From Takakia lepidozioides (lineage: Eukaryota; Plantae; Bryophyta): 64,000 bases of DNA. Both the position numbers and the translations under genes were made by a program. Under the pieces are notes generated by a model that did no database searches, was not told the DNA's origin, and saw nothing but the letters and a program-made list of their open reading frames with translations. The stretch covers positions 49,662,001 through 49,726,000 of the forward strand of contig CM060733.1 in NCBI GenBank assembly GCA_030704615.1. The letters run 5' to 3'. Numbering within the stretch: position 1 is the stretch's first letter; each line of letters starts with the position of its first letter. This document shows positions 42,945 to 54,226 of this stretch, piece after piece.

Positions 42945-45900
42945 ATGCCGGTACCTTTCTTTCTTTTGGTAATTCGTGGGGCGGGTTCCCTGATTAGACG
43001 AGGGGGTCATTCTTGGGAGTTTTCGCGGAGATTGAGGAGGAATATGTGAAAGTGGATGCTCTGTTTACCAGCGGTTCCAGTTGTTTTAGAGAATTGTTTA
43101 CTGACTCATGCTAGATGGTTGGAAGGTGATTCCCGTCTGTCAGTTTACTTGTAACCTGGTATGACGTGTCTGACTCCTAGACTTGTGTGGAATGGTAATG
43201 TTTGCAGACACGTACTGTTCAAGTTAGCAATCTTTCAACGAATGCGAAAGAGCACGACCTACGAGAATTATTCTCCTTCTCTGGGGAGGCTGAGCATGTT
43301 GAACTACAGAGGTTAGTCCGGTACTGCACAGAGAGAGGTTACTGCTGCCATGTTATGACAAGATATGAATGATTAAATGAAAAATTAGAAATCAAAGCAA
43401 CGATGAAGCCTCACTTGCTCCTATCCCACCAAGAGCCACAAACAGTAGGTGGTGGAATAGCATTCTTTGTTGGCCTCACCTAGTTGTATCCATGTACACC
43501 AAGAAAGATAGGACAATTGAGCAAAGTCTAAGTGACAATCAAACATAACGGCCTTGCAAAGCCCTTGCATGTATATCAATGCATGAGGTACCAAGGAAAA
43601 TCTGTTAGCTCATGCCCTTTACCTGAATGTTGCTTGAGGAAGAGGCCATTTCTGTCAATCTCTAGTTTCAGCCATCCATTGATAGAGCCTTCCTTCCTTG
43701 AGGAATGCAGACTGAGCTGCTTCTCTTCTTATCCGACACCTTCATGGAAAGTTTTAGGTGAAGAGATCATGCACAGTACAGAATCACCAACTCGAGCCTT
43801 TTTATGAAGTCAAGTTGGCATCTGGTGGCATCTCTAGAAACCCTCACAATTGAGAGAGGTCTCAGGTTTGCATGAGGAAGGTCTTACAATCACTGAAGCC
43901 TTAAAATCCAGATCCCTGGCCCTTCACATAAGCAGCAACCTGCTGTGTGTGAGCAGTCCAAAAATTAGATCCCAGCAGGGCCAGGGCTTTAGGCTCAGCC
44001 TCAAGATTTTGAAAGTTGGTGAACAGAGGTGCAGGAACCTTGATGTTCCTGAAGAGGGTCATTCTTTGGTGAGAATAGCCTGGACAATGTATCAGAAAAT
44101 GGATATTGTCTTTCAGGTTGCCCGCACATCGGGCAATTACAATCCCCTATCTTATTCTTGAGAGAGAGCGAGAGAGAGAGGACTACAGCAGAAGCCAGTA
44201 AACGAGAGCTACATCCGATTGCAATACAAGGTTCATTTATCCTAGTCTTTTCTTAGCGAGCTTGAGCTGCTTCTCCTCTCCTAGCCTTGCTGGCCTAATG
44301 TGAGTTTGTGGTTCCCTATCAGAGATGGGGACTGGTCGCAGGTTGCTTATGTGACTTTCAAGGATGTGGATGCGTCGGACACTGCCCTTCTTCTGTCGGT
44401 GAGTTTGAAATTAACTTTAGCCAAAGTTGTTTCGATGCTTGTATTTGGCTAGGGCTCAAATTATTAATGAATATTGGTTCCGCACTTTTGGTTTGGTGAG
44501 GCTTGCACGCACTTAGGATGTGGTCATCTGATTCAGTTACTTTATTGGTGTAACCACAATAACTGGCCTAGTCATATATTCAGGTCCTATATGAAAATGG
44601 TAGAGTTGTTTGATTGAGTTCATTATAGTGATCAGTGTCACAGAGGGTGAGTTGATGAAGTCTGCCTGCTATGACTGGCAGGGTGCGACACTGTTGGATC
44701 GATTGGTGAACATCACTCCTGTGGAAGAGCCTGAGTGGACAGCAGGTGGAACTACTACTGCATGGGAGCAGAGCAGTACAGGGTCTGAGGTATGCTCCTT
44801 CAGACTTGGCTGAATCATGCAGATAACATATCTCGAGTATGCCATATTATGCTGCTTGTTTTGGCTGTATCCCAAATGGATATCAGTGTTCAAGGATGTG
44901 AATCTGTTTTAGGTTTGCGCTGGAAAAGCCTTGCATCTGATGTCTAGAACACCAAGTTTTGGATCATCTGATGCAAGGTTTGGAGAGTTTTCTTTCAGAA
45001 GAAAACTGGAAACAGATTTGCAGCCTTGAACCATTTGTTCGTCCTAGCAGTACAGCCAGAAAACACTTCTGGAACCTGCAATCAGTTTGCCAATGTGTTG
45101 ATCGACAGACCTGATATTGGTACCTCTGACCACTTCCTGGTTTGGACAGAGCTCAAAAGGTGTTTTCCCAACACCAAGAGATCTGTGAAACGTTCGATTC
45201 GGAAGTGGCGCATAGAAGAATTCCATAATGAGGAGGTCAAGGCTGAGTACGTCCAGGCCTTGCAAGAGGCTCTCCCTCATTTTGTCCAATCGCTCCAAGA
45301 ACTTCAGTCTCGCTCTGACAACGCAAGAAATGAAGTCGAAAGAGCAGTGGACTCTTGGGAGAGTTTCGTTTCCTCCGTGGCTGACAAGATCATTGGGAGG
45401 AAACTAAGTGTCTGCGGTAGAGCTGTTAATTGGTGGACCAATGAGATTAAACTCAAGATAGCTGAGAGACGAGCCCTCTATAAAGAATGCTGCAATTTGA
45501 AAACCAACAGAGAATTGTGGGCGAGGTACTACCAGCTCCGTAAAGATATCAATCGGCTTGTTAGGTCTCAGAAGAAATTACACTGGGACAAGTTATACAG
45601 TGAAATAAACTCAAACCACCATGGTGGTAATGACAAGAAATTCTGGTTGGCCCTTCAACGTTTGTACAAGCCGAAAAACGGTCAGCAAGTACAAGCGCTG
45701 AAGACTACTAAAGGTGCATTGGTGACTTCATCGGTTGACATTGTCAAAACCTTTGAAACTCACTACAGTATCCTTGGCAGAACTTCTAGGTCTAACAGTG
45801 AGGGGTCTTCTGCTGAATGGAGGGACACAGTTGGAAAAACTGTTCCTATGATTCAAAACAGCCCTGATGAACTGGAGTATATTTCAATGGCTTATAACAC

Positions 45901-48900
45901 TCCCATTAGTTCTTCTGAGATTGTGGAAGCAATTGAAGTACACGTCTCGAGGTTGATCTGGAGTCTAGAGGTTGTTTCCATGAAGGCCAAGCTGGCTTTC
46001 GGCAAAACAGGGGCTGTGTGGATCATATCTTCACTCTATAAGCCAGATTATCCAGGGAAGGAAAAAAGAAGGGAAACCCACTTATGTTTTTCCCTGGATG
46101 TCAAAAAGGCTTATGACACAGTGTGGAGAGATGGCCTATGGTTCCGCCTCTGGTCTTGTGGGATCAAGGGAAAGATGTGGAGAGTTGTCCACAACTTGTA
46201 TGCTCACACCAAAAGCTGTGTCACTGTTAACGGACAGAAGTCCAACTTCTTTGACATAGACCAAGGTGTAGCTCAAGGATGTACTCTCTCCCCTCTGCTC
46301 TTCAATGTTTTTATCAATCAACTCCTCGAGGATGTGGAAAGTGAGGGATTTGGGTTAAGGGTGGGTGATACCACCATACCAGCCCTTATGTTTGCGGATG
46401 ACTTCGCAGGCATAGGGGAGACTCCAACCAATCTCCAGGAGTTGATTGATTGCGCGAAGAGATACTTTGATCTTTGGGGGCTAGAGGCTAATGTCAGCAA
46501 ATGTGCAGTGGTAGCATTCAACGACAGAGGAGAGGGAGGAAGTGATCTTAAGTGGCAGTGGGGTAGCCAAGAGATCCCGGTCCTCCCTTCCTACACTTAC
46601 CTGGGCGTTGAGTTTTCCTCCAATTGTAATTGGGATGCACATATCCGGAAAGTTGTTCAAACTGGCAAGGGCAAAGCTCTGGGGCTCACTAAATTTTTCC
46701 ACTGCAGAGGGGTCAACTCTGAGGTTAAGAAAACCATGCTTTGTCGCGTTATTAGACCTGCCTTGGAGTACGGATCTGCAATATGGGTTGATAACTCCAA
46801 CCAGGCTAAGTCTCTAGAATCCATTCAAGTGGGGGTGCTTAAGGAGTGTATGTCAGCATGCTCCAAAACAGCCAATGTGGCTGTTCGGGGTGGGTTTGGC
46901 ATTCCGTCCTTAAGCTCCCGACGAGATGAATTCAAGGTCAGATGGTGGGGTCAGCTGCAACATATGCCCAACACCAGATATCCTAAGTTAGTCGACTCTA
47001 TATCTTGGAAACTGGACCGCCCTGTCAAACAGGCTAAGTCCTGGCAGAAGAGAGTAGAAGAGATTCTCAAGGACCTGGACCTGGATCCGCAAGTCTTGAC
47101 CCTGCTGGATAAATCTGACTTAGAGGCTGTAGTGTCCTCAGCCATGTCTGTTGCCATGAGATTGTCTGATGAAAATGAAGTTAGGCAGAAAACTTCCCTG
47201 AACTTGTTTCCAGTCTGTGACATGGGGGAGGACATCTTGGATGACCTCAAGGGTCTACCCACTCTCGGCACTAGACTGAAGACAGTATTCATTTTCTGAT
47301 ACACTGTCCGGGGTTCTCTCACCAAAGAGGCGCTCTCTTCAAATCTATTAATGGAATTGTGCCTGTACCCCTGTTTACCAACTTTGAAAGTCTCGAGGCT
47401 GAGCCAAAAGCCCAGGCCCTCCTGAGGCCTAGTTTTTGGGCAAATCACACACAGCAGATTGATGCTTGTGTGAAGGGATTTCTAGAGGATATCTGGAAAA
47501 CCCGGATTAATTCTATATATGAAGGTAAGTCTTACTACCAACGTCAGCCCCTGACAGAGGTAGGTTTTGTCCCTTTTGTTCCCGCTCAAACTGGGCGCGG
47601 GGTCAATGGCCACAAGGCTATGGCAAACAACGTCTTATGAGTACAATCTTTTGTCATGAGGTATCCCTACCTTGTCCACAGGCATCTCTAACTGATGGGT
47701 CAGAGGTATTCAGTTCTCAAGTATGTTATGAGCACCTTTTACTGAATCATGAGAACACTCAGGATCCTGTCACAGCTTATGAATGCGCCTAGTGCAAAAC
47801 GCGCTTCATTCTAAAGCTGCAAACCTTGCGAAAGATCACGAAGTGACTCCTGTTCCAAAATTACTAAAGTACATCATACGACATAAGTAGCTTTTATGAA
47901 AAGTTAATTCTTTTCACTCTAGACTCACAAGCGAGCTTATCAGATCTCTGCAACTGTGCTTACCACATCTCTAGTTTTGCTCTGAAACAACTCATTTGTT
48001 TTTTGCAACATGGTTTTAGACTCTGGATACGGTAACATATGTATGCATTGCTTCAAACAATATTGTGGACACAAGTTGACAAAGAAGCATTGCAAGCTCA
48101 CTCGAGAAGCGTTTGGCACTTGAAGAGAACTCTTAAAGCTTTGAATCAATGTTCTGGAAACTATACCACACTTTTGACTCAAGATCTCTTTAATTTTGCC
48201 CAGGTTTGCCTTGTTCAACAAGTGTGGCCACCCCCTAACGATGATCGGGAAACCACCCTGGATGTCATCTTTTTCCATGGATTCCAGTTTGGAAAGGAAA
48301 GCAGTGTTTCACAGCACACATGGGTGCATCGTGACAATCATGAACTCTCCTGGCCAGTGAAGTGGCTGCCAGAAGACCTGGAAGGAACAGTGCGTGTTCT
48401 ACTCGTATCTCATGGTGCAGATGTTAGACATTCCAACATCCAAGCTATTGACGACTTTGGCAGGAGGTTGCAGCAAAGCTTAGTCAGGTACCTTGCTGGA
48501 ATGTGAAGGCAGATTCGGAGCCTAGCTCCTAGTCCTCGATCTTATCCACCTAGATGTTGAAAGGAAATGGTGAGGGTTAGCTGTTCAGAACAGGATCTGG
48601 AAATGTCTATGCACATTTTGGTGTCCAAGATCAAAATCTGATATTGCTTGATTCCTGTTCATGTGCAGTTCATCTCGTTCCAGTTTTGGATGGCAAAAAC
48701 CAATTGTGCTTGTTGGCCATGGCTACGGAGGTTTGGCTGTGAAGAGCTTAGTGGTACATACTGCAAGGACTGAAACCTTGCCATGTGCGAATGAACTGGT
48801 CAAGGAGGCTGCTGAGAATGCAAAAGCATTCTTATCAAATCTCCGAGGCATTGCATACTATGCTGTTCCCCATTCCGCAATGAACTGGGGAAGTTTTGGT

Positions 48901-51853
48901 AAATTGGAGCCCTCAGGAAATATACAACACGACCTGATTGAGCGTTTATCAACAGAATTTGAGGGAGTTATTTGTAGACTTCAAATCCACATCTTGGCTT
49001 TCGGAGAGGGCAAACCAACACAAAATTGGGTACGTTCTCTGGAGTTTTTCATAATGACAAACCAAGAAATGCTGCAGAGTATTGGTACTAATAAAATTTA
49101 CTAATTGGATAGGATCATGATGGAAGGCATTTTATGCTAGGTGTCAAGTAGTGCAGTATTTTAGGGTTAGCTAGGTGTACGTGCTGCTTCAACATTAACA
49201 CTGACTGGAGAATTTTTCCCTTCTGAGAGGTTGAATTGCTTACTTTCCATCACATGTGGAGAACACAGACCTATGGTAAACCTCCCTGCACAAGCAATGA
49301 TGCACAGTGCAACGATGCCGTGCAGATGAATCAGAAGCTGAATTGTGTCATCTATGGTCTTAAGTGGTTTAGATATCTGGCTGCCTTTTATATAACAACT
49401 CTTTGAGGTTCAAGAAAGTGTTACTACTCCAGTGGTTGAAAAGATGAATTTTCTATCTCGTAGGGTTGGATTGTGCCGTATGAGTCTGCCATAAGCTTAT
49501 CTGGCTGTAACAATTACAAAGTGGAGGAGTCGGATCATCTGGATATCACGTGACCTCCTTCCAGAAAACATATCATATATGACAAATTGTTGATGCTGCT
49601 GAAGATTTGCCAAAAACCACCGGTACGTCCTCATGTCAGTAGTGGACATTTTATCTCCTCGCCATATTTGTCCCTCACTTGTGTTATCATTAATGTGTCC
49701 CTGTATTCCACCGATGTAATCTGGATTTTGCAGCATAGTGATGACTAATGCGCAACACCTTCCACTGAGCTCTAGGTGAGCAATATCTTCCTTATGCTAC
49801 AGGCTATCCTGCTGCAATCAATCTTGCAATCTGACCTTGTGAAATGTGTCCTACAACGTCTCTTCTCAGCTTTAGTGCCCATGGTTTTTTGTAGATTGTG
49901 TTCTTAGCATATTTGCATATTGTGCATATGTTCTAATTTTTATCTGGTCACTGGAGTGCAGGGTGATGTGAACTTTGCTCTAATGATCTCTCAACTTGAA
50001 GGAGGGTGCCCAGAGGACTACAACAACATAACTGAGTTGTTCCTCGAGGTATGAATCAATGGATGATGACCATAAGTATATTCTATTCACTAATCTTCAC
50101 CGGAACTTGAGGCTTAAAAGTGGAACCTATTGATCCGGAGTTTGTGTTTTGCAGCGCATGATGATCAGGGAGGCAATTGCTTTTCTTCTGGATGTTTTGA
50201 AGCCTAACCTTCCAGAGCATGCCATGCTTCAAACTAAGGTAGAGTCAGCTCTGACTCTTACAATGTGCAGTGCAGATGGACTTGCAACCTGTAACCTGCA
50301 ACCTGCAACCTGTGACCGCTCTGTTGGTTTCCTGTTCTTTCCCCTTGCTATGGTGTGCATCTTGATTATCCTTCTATGACCTTGTTACTAGTCCCCCCCC
50401 ACTTTACATAGCTACCTTGCACGTACTTAGTACTTACCTGTAGATATGATCGACAAGGTCATGTCAATCCACTGGACAATGCGGCTGACATGTGTAAATG
50501 AATGTTGTTGGTTATGCAGGTCTTGAAGATCAGTCTGGTCGCGTCCCCCAGCATAGCTGATTCAATTTTGGCAAAGGGCATGTTCAGCCATTATGACCGT
50601 CCTCAAATTGCTGAGCTCTGTCAGAAAGCTGGTCTTTACATGCATGCCCTTCAGGTCTTATTTCTGCTTTTGCACTCTTGCAGTTCTCTGCTCATCATAC
50701 TTCAATCTGTTAATTTTGTTGATCTACACTGGTGCGTCTTGACTCAGGGCCGGAATATACTTTCCATTAGGCCTGAGTGCACCTGCTCTTGAGGAACAGG
50801 AAATATCCTGAATACACTGACTGAAAGCGGAGACCTGCTATCGGGAGGATGCATACATCATCCTTGCCCTGGAGGTCAAACAGTCACTTTTATGTCCATG
50901 CAAATAAAGTTTCTAATGATCCTTTCTTGTGCAGTTGAACCCAGAAAATGCGCCTTTGGTGGTTGGGCAATTGCTGGATGATTGCCGCCCTGAGGATTTC
51001 ATCAAGGACTTTATCTTGTCTGTCCACTCTCTACTGCCAGTGGAGGCACTGGTTGACGAATGCGAGAAGAGGTAATAAATTGTCCGGATCTTTATGTCAT
51101 TATTAATCTGTTTGTTTTCTCCCCACATGATGTCTATGTCACAGTCAATTCTCAGGTTATGCGCAAGATGAAAATGTATGGAAAGAGGGCACATTACTGA
51201 CTTTTTAATTCCATGTGGAAGCTGTCTGTTGTCTCAGGATGAATCAAACTAACAGTTTGATGGGTTGGACAGGAACCAGTTGGGATTGCTGACTCAGGTC
51301 TTAGAGCATCTTGTGAGTGAAGGGAGCGAAGGAGTGCATGCACATAATGCATTGGGGAAGATCATTGTTGATACAAACGAAGATCCAGAGCTCTTTCTGA
51401 CCAGAAACCATTACTATGACTCTAAGGTCATTGGTAAATATTGTGAGACAAAGGATTGCACACTTGAAGTAATTGCATATAGACGTGGTCAATGTGATGA
51501 TGAGCTTGTTGATGTCACCAACAAGCACACGCTCTTCAAGATTCAGGCCAGGTACATCCCAACTCTATCTCCCGTCATTTGTGATTTTGTCTTGTGTTTT
51601 GTGTGATGTCTTAGAAAAGATAAAGAAATTACCTGACTACATCTTGTTGGCGCTTCTTAGGTATGTGGTGGAGCGCATGGATCCTGGCCTGTGGAAAAAG
51701 GTTATGCACCCAGAGTATCCAGAATACAGGAAGCAGCTTACTCTTGAGGTGTTGTCTATTGTTCTACCAGAGAGCAAGAACCGAGAGCAGGTGTTAGCCC
51801 TGTTAGCCACTTTGAAGGCACACTTGCCCCATGAGTTAGTTGAGCTTTTATAG
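42945..51853 (+). CDS. Chimeric gene: BPA1-like RRM + alpha/beta-hydrolase (Ser>Gly) + clathrin heavy chain fragment; in-frame TGA at 49551-49553, so possibly a young pseudogene
   Basis: Exons 42945-42950, 43208-43311, 44323-44398, 44682-44789 (RRM); 47682-47705 (24-nt microexon); 48204-48487, 48669-49029, 49464-49622 (hydrolase); 49962-50048, 50155-50238, 50520-50654, 50935-51071, 51273-51551, 51661-51853 (clathrin heavy chain). All introns are GT-AG and phase-compatible. Joining into one transcript is inferred. Confidence 0.72.
43915..44150 (-). mobile_element. Degenerate internal 3' fragment of family A beside a (GA)n tract
   Basis: Similar to 3450-3660 (CCCTTCACA..AGCA.CAA.CTGCTGTGTGTGA, GGCTCAGCCTC.AGA.TTT.AAAGTTGGT, TATCAGAAAATG). 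Confidence 0.8.
45030..47650 (+). mobile_element. Longest copy of non-LTR retrotransposon family A (APE C-terminus + RT + CCHC remnant), 5'-truncated and degenerate; RTE/RTEX-like
   Basis: SDH endonuclease motif at about 45125. RT motifs [42 protein letters not shown]. The ORF stop (TGA 47638-47640) lies about 10 nt from the element end. No poly(A). No target duplication found. Confidence 0.95.
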
Positions 51854-51919
51854 TCAAGAATGTTTTTCAAAACTCTGCCTTGAGTGGTAATCACCTCTAA
51901 AATACTCTTTCTCACCATC
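49962..51919 (+). pseudogene. CHC: Diverged, internally deleted clathrin heavy chain segment (3' module of the chimeric gene)
   Basis: [104 protein letters not shown]. Similarity continues past the TAG in a shifted frame (KNVFQNSALSGN). Confidence 0.9.
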
Positions 51920-51987
51920 TTTCCGCTCAAACTGGGCGCGGGGTCAATGGCCACAAGGCTACGGCAAACAACATCTTATGAGTACAT
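51920..51987 (+). mobile_element. 68-bp 3'-terminal insertion of family A
   Basis: Matches about 47578-47646. Perfect 14-bp target duplication TCTTTCTCACCATC at 51906-51919 and 51988-52001. Confidence 0.93.
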
Positions 51988-52107
51988 TCTTTCTCACCAT
52001 CAATTACAGTGGTGGCATCGAACGACCATTGGAAGGGAGGTGGGGATCTCAAATGGAAACGGGGGAAGGAAGAGAGGCCCTGTGTCCCTTTCTACACTGT
52101 CCCTCCC

Positions 52108-52510
52108 TTCTGAAGTCAAAAGGACCATGCTTTGCTATGTGATTAGGCCTGCTTTGGAGTACGCATCAGCCGTTCGAGTTGACAACTCCAACCATGCCAA
52201 GTCCAGGAATGCATCCAGGTTGGGGCGCTCTAAGAGTATATATTAGCATGCTCCAGAACAGCTATGTGGCTGTTCCGGTGTAGTTTGGCATACTTCCTTT
52301 GAGCTCTCCACGGGATGGGTTCAAGGTCAGATGGTGGGGTTGGTGGAACAGAATGCCTAACACCAGACACCTAAGATAATCAACTCTCTTTCTCGGAAAC
52401 AAGACTACTATTAAACAGGTAGAAGCGGTTTTTAAGGGTCTGGATATCAGCTAAAGCCACACCACTGTCACAAAGGTAGTTTCTGTTCCCTTTTGTTGTG
52501 CCAACCAGGG
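52108..52510 (+). mobile_element. Degenerate fragment of family A (post-RT region joined to the near-3' end)
   Basis: Similar to 46718-47090 ([20 protein letters not shown]; TTCAAGGTCAGATGGTGGGG) and to about 47550-47595. Confidence 0.85.
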
Positions 52511-53603
52511 CTTTCATAAATTCGACCTGATCCCAGATTTCTTCATTCTCTGAATGGAGGATAGAAGTAATCTGGAAGTCCGGTCCCAAGGGTGCTGGCA
52601 CATTGGAGTGAGCGATTTGAGGCTATTGGGCTCTCAAGTCAGCTTCAGAGGCAGCTTCACACTAATTTCTATTACCTCGTGGCACAAATGGTCATGATGC
52701 AAATTGCAACCTGGTTTGTTGTAGTGGGAGCCATTCATTCTACAGCTCATATGCATGGGGAGGGTTAATACGCCAGACTAAAGCCCAATAAATGCCCGGA
52801 GATTAGATTATTCCGAAATTTGACGTGGCAGAAGGGTATAACCGTTTACCCATGCATATGTTCACTCAACTGTGTTCCTGATTTTGCGCACGGTGTGTAG
52901 GAGGAGGGGAACAGAGGGAGTTAGGGTTTAAGGATAAATCGCTCCCTTGGTCTGGATGCGGAGTGTTAATAAGTGAACGTGTACATTTACCACCTAGTGT
53001 GAACGGGTATTGGGTCGAGTAGTAGAGGGTTGGGTAATATTTTTGACCCGGGGCTAGAGGGAGGGTAAAGGTGACAACAGTAAACCATATTAAGGTAGAA
53101 ACATCTAAAATGGAGCGGGTACCCAAACCGGACCCCTAGAAAAATACATAGAACTAACCACATGCGATCTTTAAAAGGTGATTTGACCACAAGTGGTCCA
53201 AATTAGGTCATATGGTGGGTCACAATGAAACTCCAATGAACCCTTTTAACTCATACAAGCTCATGATGACATCACTTAATGGACAAGTTAATAAACACCG
53301 GCGCGCACTTTGAGAGCATTATCAAGTCCAGACAGGAAGAATGAATCTTAACAAGTAGGAGAGGGGATCACATTCCGTGATCAACGATCCCAATTGAGTT
53401 TCACCTCGATCAACAATCAGGATTGAGTTTAATCCAAACTCAATCTTCACACACCAAGTTCATATGAACTGCTGGCCAGGTCGATAGTCTCTGCATATAC
53501 TGACTAACCAACAGAATTGCATCCTGGTAGAGGTACATTCCAAAGAGGTAAGCACTGAAGGGAGTCAGGAACATTGATGTACTTCAAAAGTCGAACCGAG
53601 ATT

Positions 53604-53676
53604 TGGGTATAGCAGGATTTGAACCTGCGACCATTAAGTTAAAAGCCTAATGCTCTACCAACTAAGCTATACACCC
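53604..53676 (-). tRNA. trnK: tRNA-Lys(UUU), plant mitochondrial type, within a NUMT
   Basis: 73-nt cloverleaf GGGTGTATAGCTTAGTTGGTAGAGCATTAGGC-TTTTAAC-TTAATGGTCGCAGGTTCAAATCCTGCTATACCCA with anticodon UUU. Resembles native land-plant mitochondrial trnK. Confidence 0.93.
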
Positions 53677-53841
53677 AAAGAGTCTTGATTATGAGGCCGG
53701 ACATCCATTATTATGTAATTGTAATTGGGCGAAAAAATCGTGAAAAAAACAAAAAAAAATAACCTGAAATGCGAGCCGTGAACAGCCGAGCGTATCCAAG
53801 GCGTAGCGAAAAAGAAATATATTATTCTTTTTTGCAGCAAG

Positions 53842-54226
53842 AAATCACCGTTGGATACTTTAAAACCAGGAATATTGACCATTTCATAATTGACACAAAT
53901 CTCTTTATGACTTATTAGCTGCCTTGCTTGAAAAATAGTTGAACGAGAATTAGGACGAACCGGAATAACGTCCAATCTTTTTTCTATATCAAATAACAAA
54001 CTGTTTTTTTTATCTAGATAAGTGTGTGTTTTAGACCTTTGCCTCTTTCTAATGGGTAAATTTCCATAAAAAAGGGACAACTTTTGTATAGTTTGTAATT
54101 GTTTGGAAAAGTCAGATTGTTTTTTATTTGTTTTTCTTCGAAGCTTCAAAATAATGGCTTTTTGTCTTTGAGTAAGTTTTTTAGTCTGCAAAACATTTTC
54201 TGAAATTCGACGACAATTTTTAAATC
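53842..54226 (-). pseudogene. rps4: Mitochondrial rps4 fragment (NUMT), truncated at both ends
   Basis: AT-rich. Reads FKNCRRISENVLQTKKLT...KKQSDFSKQLQTIQKLSLFYGNLPI...IEKRLDVIPVRPNSRSTIFQARQLISHKEICVN...NIPGFKVSNGD, i.e. short bryophyte-type mitochondrial S4. Confidence 0.92.

Noticed and set aside
45026-47299. Intact, autonomous reverse transcriptase gene
   Set aside because: 5'-truncated endonuclease, missing RT subdomains, conserved motifs out of frame and a deleted zinc finger.
50149-51853. Stand-alone functional clathrin heavy chain gene
   Set aside because: Only about 300 codons of a ~1700-aa protein, with no terminal or trimerisation domain, an internal deletion and a premature stop.
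53667-54191. Functional nuclear-relocated rps4
   Set aside because: No ATG or targeting peptide, C-terminus missing, and unedited codons that nuclear transcripts would not correct.
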